A stretch of DNA of 14,567 nt from Octopus sinensis (GCF_006345805.1 NW_021825781.1:1-14567); one strand, 5' to 3'; positions 1 to 8,405 are shown, numbered from the stretch's first letter. Translations and numbers: made by a program. Notes: generated by a model not told the origin, from the sequence alone.

Positions 1-322
1 GCAAGGGACACCGGTAAGATTCGGAGACAGCAAAGGAAACAGCGGAAGAGAGGGAGAAAGAAAGAGAAAGAGAACGGGAAAGAGAGGAGAATCGAAAGAT
101 ATTAGAGACACCGGTGAGATTTTGAGAATGAAAGAGAAAGAGAGAGAGAGGGAGAGAGAGAGAGAGAAAGAGATGAGATATGAAGGAGAGAGAAAGAGAA
201 TCTTGAGATATGAATACAGTAAGAGGGAGAAAACAGTTGCGAGATATGGACAAAGAGAGTGAGAGAGGAGGAAAATCGTTACAAGAGACTGAGAGAGGTG
301 GGGGTGAGAGAGAGAGAGAGAG

Positions 323-399
<77 letters not shown>

Positions 400-422
400 A
401 GAAAGGAGCGTCCCGGTGAGAT
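1..422. repeat. Purine-rich low-complexity tract with (GA)n and (GAAA)n microsatellites
   Basis: (GA)n around 137-170 and 306-324; near-perfect (GAAA)n 324-391. ORFs 210..419, 259..444 and 279..596 are largely translations of this tract. Confidence 0.95.
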
Positions 423-561
423 ACGCAGGTGTGAGAAGAGGTAGAGAAGAGCCATGTTGAAAAGATAGCGATTTGATTTTATGCGTATCAAATCCGTGAT
501 AGAATATCTATCTAGATTGGTTGATCCACTAATTTTATGGTCACAGCAGGTGCTATTGATT

Positions 562-905
562 TTAAAGTGTATTGTGTATGATGTGGAGTTTGCCAAGCTG
601 AGCGACTTCTTGGAACTGTGTGTAGAGTTAGTAGAGAGAGCTTATACATAGTACGGTGTTTACATAGTCTCTTCACGTCCTTCTTTATTTTACCCAGTGT
701 TCCGGTTATTATTGGTATTGTCCTACTAAGGTCACACGTACTATATTCCACTAATGTCATTCTTAAGTAGAGCAGATTTAGACAGGAACCTTTCATTTCT
801 TTTCTTAACAGATGATGTTTTCCGGAGAGTATGAACATTTGAATGGCAGAGTAAATCTGTCGCTTTGTTTAATACTACCAGTTGATAGCTTGGATGCCTC
901 TGGCA
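562..905 (-). mobile_element. Decayed 3' fragment of an RLE-type non-LTR retrotransposon (R4/Dong/NeSL-like), endonuclease C-terminus
   Basis: Minus-strand translation across frameshifts gives LVVLNK...LSK (~900-770), TIPIITGTLGKIKKD (721-677), then YVNTVLCISSLY*L..FQEVAQLGKLHIIHNTL* (stop 564-562). This matches the remembered RLE-LINE C-terminal pattern IVVVDK..IDV.IP..KLSKY..TVPVIVGALG.IKK..SLYE.QKIALLGTAHILRK.L. Recognised by eye, not by HMM. Confidence 0.55.
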
Positions 906-971
906 AAGACCATTCTATTGCAAGTGTTTAAACCAGGTCTCCGAGTTGAAAAAGCTTGCATCAGCATCAAT

Positions 972-1019
972 GGAGGTGCATGGCTTAGTGGCTAGCGTTT
1001 GGGAGTCCCAATCGTAAGG
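972..1019 (+). mobile_element. Truncated tRNA-derived SINE head (A-box only)
   Basis: GGAGGTGCA TGGCTTAGTGG (A-box 981-991) ...ATCGTAAGG resembles the head of the SINE at 13221-13530 (TGGCTCAGTGGTTAGAGCG...GATCGTGAGG). No B-box follows. Confidence 0.55.
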
Positions 1020-1473
1020 GTGACGACGTATTTAATTCTATAAATCTAACAGGACATTTTAAACATCGAAATGAGTATGAGGCTCCATTCAAGTAAGAGG
1101 GGAATCCATCCAAGTAAAAGTGAACCTCTGGTCTAAGAATTTCTGTAAAAACTAAGACAAAAGTATATTCTACAGGGGTTGCTATTTTCTATTATATTTT
1201 TTCCATGTGGAAATTTTTCTGTTGCTTATCTGTACCATACATTCAAAGCGTTTCTATAATGGCTAAGATTATTCTTGTAACCCTATTCTACATTCCCGAT
1301 ATTGTAATCTCTACTTTTTTATATTTGTTGAGCTTTTTTGTATTTAGACCTCATATACCGAGACTTTGTTATCATTTAGTAAATCTACAATAATTTCTAT
1401 GTACAAGATCTGCATATTCTACACAGCGGGTTGGATTGATTACTTCATCTTGTCAACTGAGCAGAATATACTT

Positions 1474-1508
1474 CATTGAAGAGGTCTAATACAACCGAAA
1501 CATGCCTG
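1474..1508 (+). ncRNA. Degenerate minimal type I hammerhead ribozyme-like motif
   Basis: TTGAAGA (1476-1482, CUGANGA with C3>U); stem II GGT/ACC (1483-85/1494-96); GAA (1497-99); near-palindrome ACATGC (1500-1505, ACATGT with U16.1>C); C17. Only 2 bp of stem I remain (CA/TG). Confidence 0.35.
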
Positions 1509-1889
1509 TTACATTCATCATTAGACTTTAAAACCAAGATCCAGTACTATTTTCAACGGCTTAATTTAAAACAAATCTTCAACTGGATGAAATTAATGGA
1601 GTTATTTCACTTGTTTGTTATTTACAATCTTAAAACCCCCAGCGGAAGTTTTCGTCGAGTAATTGTGTTCAAAATATTGGATGTTCAAAGTTTTTAACTA
1701 CTTTCTTATATGTAATGGGAGACTCTACTGCAAATGCGTTTAGCATGTAACACAATCTTCTAATATTCTTTCTATCAGGCATATTGTTGATATTTATGAA
1801 AGATCGTCGCTGTAGAAACTGTAGCAAGAAAGAAATCTCCTTATAGACAATATCTGTAAAAAGACACAGCGCTAGTGCATATCAGCTAT

Positions 1890-2480
1890 AAGGCCCACAT
1901 CAACAATAAGGTCAATACAGCTCGTAGGTTGAGCTCCTGAATCCTAAGAACCTTCCGGTCCAGAGAACGGTGTCATCAACCCTCTTTTCTCCTCCTTTGT
2001 ACGGTCACACCTCGAATACTGCTGTCCCCTACATAAAACAAAACACTTCGAAAATTCTAACACCCCAGAGAATTAAGGGCATGACTGATCTCGATTAGTG
2101 GGACTACCTTAAAGCATTGAAACGCTATTCTCTCCAGCGCCACTGTGAGCAATACATCTTTAGCACGATGTGGAGAATATACCACCAGCATTGCCCAAAC
2201 GACCTTAGCATTAGTTTCATAGTTCATCCAAGGTTAGCACCACGGGCCATACGTCCCCTGCCGAATTCAGGATCACAACACATAAAAATGTTGCAACACA
2301 ATTTCTTTTCCTCAACAGGCCTTGCCCTCTTTAAAATTGTCACAAAACAGATCAAAGAGGAAAGAGGATCCTATCACCTTTAATAGGGGTCTGGACATAA
2401 TTTTTCAAGGGATACAAAATAAGCCAATTATACCTGGATACAACTCACTCAACAAGAACTCCCTGTTCGAATGGGTCGTG
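1890..2480 (+). mobile_element. CR1/L2-group LINE, 5'-truncated 3' end of ORF2 (post-RT C-terminal region), pseudogenised
   Basis: Across stops and frameshifts: AHINNKVNTARRLSS*ILRTFRSRE / LFSSFVRSHLEYCCP / IKGMTDLD*WDYLKALKRYSLQRHCEQYIFSTMWRIYHQHCPND...HNFFSSTGLALFKIV / DPITFNRGLDIIFQGIQNKPIIPGYNSLNKNSLFEW. The motifs VRPHLEYC, YW.RL..L.LYSLQRRRERY and GP.LFN are typical of CR1/L2-group ORF2 C-termini. Includes ORFs 2117..2383 and 2322..2558. Confidence 0.85.
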
Positions 2481-2599
2481 ATACCACAAAACTTGACAAT
2501 TAAGTTAGCTTGGATCATATATGATAGAGAGAATTTAATGAGAAAGGAGGAAGTATAAGAGAATATACGTATGTATAAGAGAGGAAAAGAGAGAGATTT

Positions 2600-2819
2600 T
2601 GTGTGTGGTGTGTGTGTGTGTGTGTGTATGTGTACGTGTACATGCGTCTGGGTGTACGTACGTGTGCTTTTTAAAAATATCAGGTGTGAGTGTATTTAAG
2701 ATGGATGGATGGATAGATCGGTGATTGGTTGGATGCTCCAGCATGGCCACAGTAAAATGACTGAAACAAGTAAAAGAGTAAAAGAGTATATCTATACATC
2801 ACATCGATATATATATATA

Positions 2820-2850
<31 letters not shown>

Positions 2851-2974
2851 ATATATATGTGTGTGTATGTGTGTGTGTGTATATATATATGTGTGTGTAT
2901 GTGTGTGTATGTGTGTATGTGTGTGTGTATGTGTGTTTGTGTATGTGTGTGTGTCTGTGTGTGTACGTGTGTAT
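2600..2974. repeat. (TG)n/(TA)n microsatellite blocks
   Basis: TG runs at ~2600-2630 and a compound TA/TG run at ~2808-2970. Confidence 0.9.
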
Positions 2975-3060
2975 GGGTGTACGTATGTGTGCTTTTTAAA
3001 AATATCAGGTGTGAGTGTATTTAAGATGGATGGATTGATAGATCGGTGATTGGTTGGATG
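2650..3060 (+). repeat. 86-bp direct repeat pair (2650-2735 and 2975-3060)
   Basis: GGGTGTACGTA(C/T)GTGTGCTTTTTAAAAATATCAGGTGTGAGTGTATTTAAGATGGATGGAT(G/T)GATAGATCGGTGATTGGTTGGATG occurs twice with 2 mismatches. Confidence 0.95.
2734..2786 (+). mobile_element. 3'-terminal fragment of SINE family 1
   Basis: TGCTCCAGCATGGCCACAGTAAAATGACTGAAACAAGTAAAAGAGTAAAAGAG matches the 3' end of the full copy at 5921-6347. Confidence 0.9.
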
Positions 3061-3230
3061 GATGGATGGATAGATAGGCGGATAGACGCTTGGTTGGTTG
3101 GTTGGCTTGTTGGATGTTTAGTAGCTTGACCGCCTCAGTGCTGCTTGGGTAGCTTACAGACTGGCAAGTCATCCGGCGGGCTTGCTGGCTGGCTGGTTTG
3201 CTGGTTACTTGTCTGGTTAGTAGGTTAGAG
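3061..3230. repeat. Degenerate GGAT/GGTT/GGCT tetranucleotide low-complexity tract
   Basis: Runs of GGAT, TTGG and CTGG units. Confidence 0.7.
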
Positions 3231-3380
3231 GGTCGTATTATTCCACATTGGTGACGATAATTGATAATAGTATAATGAATATGACATTTAAAATCAAATA
3301 TCAGAAAAAAATATCGTTAGAAAAAATATCATTAGGAAGGAGGAGGTAAAAAAAAAAGCGGAGGCACGACAAAATCATGG

Positions 3381-3589
<209 letters not shown>

Positions 3590-3905
3590 AAGAGTAGTCG
3601 TATGGGTGATGGTCAGTTGTGGTGGTCATTGTATGAGGAGGGAGAAGAAGCAGAGGATATAATGATTCTTTGGTCCTGTATACAATAAAACTACATCCAC
3701 CTTGGATTTCAGCATGTTGCTTAGGCTTTGCGTGTTGTTGTTACTATTGCTGTTGTTGGTGGTGGTGTACTTTTAGCGTTCTACCAGTTGCATAATTAAA
3801 AACATATTTGCAAGTTTATCGACATATAATCGGAACCAGCTAATATATGCTAGCTTAAGTATAGTGGTTGTTGCATTGAGCCGGTATGTATATATATATA
3901 TATAT

Positions 3906-4045
3906 TCTCTTTTTTTTCTTTTTACTTGTTTCGGTCATTTTGACTGCGGCCATGCTGGAGCACCGCCTTTAATCGAGCAACTCGATCCCGGGACTTATTC
4001 TTTGTAAGCCCAGTACTTATTCTATGGGTCTCTTTTGCCGAATCG

Positions 4046-4048
<3 letters not shown>
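3906..4048 (-). mobile_element. 3' portion of SINE family 1
   Basis: Reverse complement matches ~6206-6345 of the full copy (TAGCG.TTCGGCAAAAGAGACC..GGCGGTGCTCCAGCATGGCCGCAGTCAAA.TGAC.GAAACAAGTAAAA). The 5' side is replaced by (TA)n. Confidence 0.92.

Positions 4049-4110
<62 letters not shown>
4047..4110. repeat. (TA)n microsatellite
   Basis: Perfect TA run of ~64 bp. Confidence 0.98.
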
Positions 4111-4112
<2 letters not shown>

Positions 4113-4275
4113 CTGGTTTATTGTGCTAGGTCGCTTGGTGTTAAAATAAGGGTATTATTGAATTAATATCTAATTTTTTTCACCCTCCTTATTGAATATA
4201 TATATATGAGAAGATAAAGAAAATGGAGATTGGGAAGTTAATAATTGTTTATTATTAACAGCAAATTAATCATCA

Positions 4276-4356
4276 TTCCTTACAGCTGTTTCAATTAACA
4301 CACAGTAAATATTAAGTAAATGTTAAATTTATATAACTTGAGTTCTTCAGAGGGAA
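4276..4356 (-). ncRNA. Type I hammerhead ribozyme-like relic with long stem II (Penelope-like element remnant)
   Basis: Minus strand: CCT CTGAAGA (4350-4344) ACTCAA...TTAATT GAA ACAGCTGT (perfect palindrome, 4289-4282) A AGG. Core nucleotides are intact and stem I CCT/AGG pairs. Stem II arms are only partly complementary. Confidence 0.5.
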
Positions 4357-4550
4357 AAAGTATACCTTTGGATGTTGTATATGTGTTTAAGGCTTCGTTA
4401 TAGCAGACTCAGTCTGCGTTAATGAATCCTTAAATAGATGATGAGTAAAGCATGGCACAGCTTCGGTTACCTGCTATTATCTGTAGATTTATTGCAGGGA
4501 CTTCGTAGTGGCGATTGGGGGTAACAGTATTAATATCATATGTGTATATA

Positions 4551-4793
4551 CTCTTTTACTTGTTTCAGTCATTTGACTGCGGCCATGCTGGAGCACCGCC
4601 TTTAGTCGAGCAAATCGACCCGGCGACTTATTCTTTGTAAGCCCAGTACTTATTCTTTCGCTCTCTATTGCCGAACCGCTAAGTGACGGCGACGTAAACA
4701 TACCAGCATCGGTTGTCAAGCAATGCTAGGGGGACAAACATACACATACATATATATATGTACATATATACGACGGGCTTCTTTCAGTTTCCG
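4551..4793 (-). mobile_element. SINE family 1, 3' two-thirds including internal microsatellite
   Basis: Colinear reverse-complement match to ~6061-6340 (CGGAAACTGAAAGAAGCC.GTCGTATATA..CCCCCTAGCATTGCTTGACAACCGATGCT..GTAAAAGAG). Ends abruptly at TCCG (4790-4793), where the mariner TIR begins. Confidence 0.95.
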
Positions 4794-5354
4794 GAAAGTT
4801 CGTGCCGATTTTTAAAGAAAAGAAAAAGATCAATAAATACTTACCATTACATTTTTCAATCAACCAAATATGATGGAGACGCATTGTTGCACAATGCGTC
4901 TCCATCTTTCCTTTAACTTGAAAATACCCTCTTCCCAGAATTGCGGTAGTTTCGTGGCAAGGAATTCATCAAGGTATCTTTTTACGTAATCCAAAGAATT
5001 GAAATTTTTACCATTAAGACTATTCTGCAGAGACCTGAATAAGTGGAAATCCGAAGGAGCAATATCTGGTGAATATTGAGGGTGGTGTAACACATCCCAG
5101 TTGAGCAGCAGCAATTTTTGTCTGGTTCCAAAAGCATCAACTGCCGAAAATGAACTTTCTTATCTTCCATTTTAAAGGGTTACAGAATTAACACAGGTTA
5201 TAGGAATATAGACCTTCTTCCACGAAAAGATAGCTTAAACTGTGCTATAAGTGGAGGTGTAGTCAAATCCTATTTTATGGACTCAACCATGTTATAAAAT
5301 AAGTCGAAAGGTAAGCTACTATAAATCAGCACGAACTTTCCGGACAACCCAATA
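4790..5354 (-). mobile_element. Internally deleted mariner (DD34D-type) transposon
   Basis: TIRs: 5323-5352 AAATCAGCACGAACTTTCCGGACAACCCAA followed by TA, and a partial partner 4790-4811 TCCGGAAAGTTCGTGCCGATTT. Minus-strand N-terminus MEDKKVHFRQLML (ATG at 5170) is fused to the C-terminus TRQKLLLLNWDVLHHPQYSPDIAPSDFHLFRSLQNSL...FWEEGIFKLKERWRRIV, which contains the mariner YSPDLAPSD motif. Confidence 0.93.
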
Positions 5355-5664
5355 TATTTAAAAGATTTTGTAAAAATCAGTTGACATAGTTTTACTGAGT
5401 ACAAAAGAGATTTTTTCAAACAAAATTATGTTTTTAAAAAAGTTGTAAATTCATTATCAGAACGTCACTTAAGTTTTTAGAAGTGTTTTTCTGGAGCACG
5501 TGAGCGCTTTTGATTATCTTTTCAAACATACGTGTTTTTGTATAATGTAATTTAAGGAAGAGGAGGTTGTTATTTTTGTAGAAGTGGTACTATTAAGTGT
5601 TTCCGATTTATTTTCGGCCTTAATGTTTTCTTGAAGTATTCTTCCTTTGACTTTCATAGTCGCA

Positions 5665-5699
5665 ACTTAGCGATTCGGCAAAAGAGAATCAATAGAATA
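5665..5699 (+). mobile_element. Short internal fragment of SINE family 1
   Basis: ACTTAGCGATTCGGCAAAAGAGAATCAATAGAATA versus ACTTAGCGGTTCGGCAAAAGAGACCGATAGAATA in the full copy. Confidence 0.7.
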
Positions 5700-5920
5700 T
5701 ATAACAAGCTAACTATAACAGCTCATATTAATAAGATTAGTGAGAAAGTGCATATAATACAAGCCATGTGGACTTACAAAGTGTACGACTTCATGATAAT
5801 AAAGATTATCAGTAACACAAAAGGATGCAAATCGACGAAGTTATTATTCCGTACCCCTATCCAGAGAGATAACAGAGATTTAAGCTTCTAAAATAATGCT
5901 TTTAATAGTTAAGTATACAT

Positions 5921-6347
5921 AGGCGCAGGAGTGGCTGTGTGGTAAGTAGCTTGCTAACCAACCACATGGTTCCGGGTTCAGTCCCACTGCGTGGCATCTT
6001 GGGCAAGTGTCTTCTGCTATAGCCCCGGGCCGACCAATGCCTTGTGAGTGGATTTGGTAGACGGAAACTGAAAGAAGCCTGTCGTATATATGTATATATA
6101 TATATATTTATATATATGTATGTGTGTGTGTGTGTTTGTGTGTCTGTGTTTATCCCCCTAGCATTGCTTGACAACCGATGCTGCTGTGTTTATGTCCCCC
6201 GTCACTTAGCGGTTCGGCAAAAGAGACCGATAGAATAAGTACTGGGCTTACAAAGAATAAGTCCCGGGATCGATTTGCTCGACTAAAGGCGGTGCTCCAG
6301 CATGGCCGCAGTCAAATGACTGAAACAAGTAAAAGAGTAAAAGAGAG
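5921..6347 (+). mobile_element. Full-length tRNA-derived SINE (family 1, Octopus-type) with 9-bp TSD
   Basis: A-box-like TGGCTGTGTGG (5932-5942), B-box-like GGTTCAGTCCC (5975-5985), internal (TA)/(TG) microsatellite ~6085-6150, and (TAAAAGAG)n tail. Flanked by AGTATACAT at 5912-5920 and 6348-6356. Confidence 0.95.
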
Positions 6348-6849
6348 AGTATACATTTATGTTGATGGTGTTTGATTTTACTGTATTTTTAAGTTACTTA
6401 TCAATTTGATGGCAATTGTTAAATAGATCTGAAGTTGAATGAGATAAATTGTAAGATTCGTTCAGGATATTTTAGTATTGTTTTCTTTTCAGCGGTACAG
6501 AAACCACACCACTAATTTCCACATTTACAGGGTCAACATATGTTAGGAATCTTCTACATGATACGGAAATCAGAAAATCAATTTACATACGGAATTAGAT
6601 TACGTATAACCTTTACTCGTGCTTCGCGCATGATAGAGTCAGTATTATATAACTAATTAAGGAAACATGAAGTGGTTTTTCTACTTGCGCGATTAACATG
6701 CGTTAATTTATTGGGGATAATTTTTTTAAAGATTTTTTTAATGTTCGGTTTATAGCAGTAAGTTTGTTTCAAATTATCTCTCAATATGTTTTCAGCGACG
6801 CCTGATTGACAAAACTCTGTCTACTAGAAATATATCTATATATTATAGA

Positions 6850-7035
6850 AATATTATTAATTCTAAATCTCTCAAAGAGACATGTTCAGTAACAATTATT
6901 TAAAGTGTCGTATAGCCAGCTGGAAACGATATTTCCTGGGGCTAAACAATAGTAACAATCATGCCTTCCAGGGGCAAATAGCCTTTAAAGAACTGTTACT
7001 GGATATCTCTCTTTGAGAGATTTAGAAATAATATT
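6850..7035. repeat. ~55-bp inverted repeat pair (6850-6904 / 6984-7035)
   Basis: Includes a 20-bp perfect core, TTCTAAATCTCTCAAAGAGA / TCTCTTTGAGAGATTTAGAA. About 5 mismatches and one 3-nt gap overall. Confidence 0.9.
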
Positions 7036-7332
7036 CATATTTTATTAAATCAGTGACTGTGTATCACTTTAAAAGCTATATATTTTCCAACGGTGAATTC
7101 AGCAACACCACCTAGTCAAGTAGCTACTCTGTGTTGATAATGGTTAATAACCCAGAAACCGGTGCACAGATGTTGTTTTGTGCTGGATGGGGGTGCTGAA
7201 CTCCCTCTTCGAAAATATATGGACACAGATATTGTGTCGTATAGCCAGCGGGAAACGGTATTTCCTGGGGTTAAGCAACGATAGCGATTGTCTCTTCCAG
7301 GACAACCACATTATGTTGGCAAATAGCCTTTA
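6905..7332 (+). repeat. Direct repeat pair (6905-6987 and 7234-7332)
   Basis: GTGTCGTATAGCCAGC.GGAAACG.TATTTCCTGGGG.TAA.CAA...TTCCAGG...GGCAAATAGCCTTTA occurs twice; the second copy has an extra ~16 bp. Confidence 0.92.
7128..7170 (+). ncRNA. Variant minimal type I hammerhead ribozyme-like motif
   Basis: Stem I TCTGTG/CACAGA (6 bp); core TTGATAA (U3 and A8 instead of C3/G8); stem II GGTT-AAT-AACC; GAA; palindromic helix III ACCGGT; N17=G. Confidence 0.55.
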
Positions 7333-7355
7333 CACATACACACTTGCATACATAC

Positions 7356-7412
<57 letters not shown>

Positions 7413-7755
7413 TATATAATATAATATATATATAATATATATATATATATGTATGTATGTATGTATGCATGTATGTATGTATGTATTTATGTATGTATGT
7501 ATGTATGTATGTATGTATGTATTTATGTATGTATGTATGTATGTATTTATGTATTTATGCATGTATGTATGTATGTATTTATGTATGTATGTATGTATGT
7601 ATGTATGTATGTATGTATGTATGATTATGTATGCATGTATGTATGTATGTATGTATTTATGCATGTATGTATGTATGTATGTATTTATGTATGCATGTAT
7701 GTATGTATGTATGTATGTATGCATGTATGTATGTATGTATGTATGTATGTATATG

Positions 7756-7786
<31 letters not shown>

Positions 7787-7845
7787 TTATGTATGTATGC
7801 ATGTATGCATGTATGTATGTATGTATACGCACATATTTGCATACA
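7333..7845. repeat. Compound (CATA)/(TA)n/(TATG)n microsatellite, ~500 bp
   Basis: (TA)n ~7366-7449 and (TATG)n 7448-7826 with recurring TATT and CATG variants. Confidence 0.97.
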
Positions 7846-8055
7846 CATATTTTTTAACGACGAATTGTAAGCGATTTTACATTAAGCTAAAGTGTCACTC
7901 AGTACTTATTGTAGGGTAGATAATTATTATTATTTAACAAGAATATTGGTGACAGTCACTTTCAAGTTTCACCCTGCTTGGCTTTCAGGCAGAAATTCGA
8001 AAATGAGAAGTCACTGCTAACACTAAGCTTGTTACAGAATGAATAACATGTGTAA

Positions 8056-8060
8056 GTATG

Positions 8061-8127
<67 letters not shown>
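8056..8127. repeat. (TA)n(TG)n microsatellite
   Basis: Direct inspection. Confidence 0.95.
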
Positions 8128-8131
<4 letters not shown>

Positions 8132-8279
8132 GAATGCAAAAAATGGAACAAGAACGCAACAGGCGACAACAAAACATCCAGACAGATGATACAAAAAGGG
8201 ACAAGAAAAACCAAGAACGGGTCATTCGCAGTTTTCTATCTTCAGTCCAGTTCCGGATTTTCTCACCAGTTTCGGTTGA

Positions 8280-8280
<1 letters not shown>
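8128..8280. mobile_element. Possible non-autonomous Penelope-associated repeat remnant
   Basis: A-rich ACAAAA..ACATCCAGA.AGA.GATACAAA..ACGGGTCATTCG segment similar in composition to 12990-13150. On the minus strand it begins ..AACC GAA ACTGGT G, resembling the 3' half of a hammerhead, with the 5' half lost to (TA)n. Recognition is from memory only. Confidence 0.25.
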
Positions 8281-8310
<30 letters not shown>

Positions 8311-8405
8311 ATGTATGTATGTATGTTTATATGTATATATATATACATACACACACACACACATAAAAATATGTATATATAGATACATGCATGCACACAC
8401 ATATA

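Noticed and set aside
1205-1697. ORFs 1205..1393 and 1476..1697
   Set aside because: Short, AT-rich and without recognisable domains; expected by chance.
2650-3060. CRISPR-like or LTR interpretation of the direct repeats here and at 6905-7332 and 11527-11953
   Set aside because: Only two copies each, eukaryotic context, no regular spacers, and no TG..CA termini, PBS or PPT.
5631-5891. 86-aa ORF in non-microsatellite sequence
   Set aside because: Starts at TTG, includes a SINE fragment, is AT-rich and has no recognisable motif.
6475-6600. Candidate host exon after the acceptor-like TTTTCTTTTCAG (6481-6492)
   Set aside because: No convincing donor, a short frame ending in a stop, and no recognisable protein similarity. 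RNA-seq would be needed.
6799-6841. Possible hammerhead (CTGATTGA...GAA ATATAT C) about one repeat period upstream of the 7128 motif
   Set aside because: Extra base in the core, no stem I complementarity and no sequence similarity to 7128-7170. The position may be coincidental.
7311-7919. Long ORFs (up to 173 aa) of YVCM/HTYI repeats, and similar ORFs at 2709-3049, 3375-3688, 10895-11600, 12730-13049 and 13598-14254
   Set aside because: They are translations of microsatellites that lack stop codons, with no coding signal.
7950-7995. Minus-strand CCTGAAAG..GGTGAAAC hammerhead-like string
   Set aside because: The core does not fit CUGANGA and stem I does not pair.
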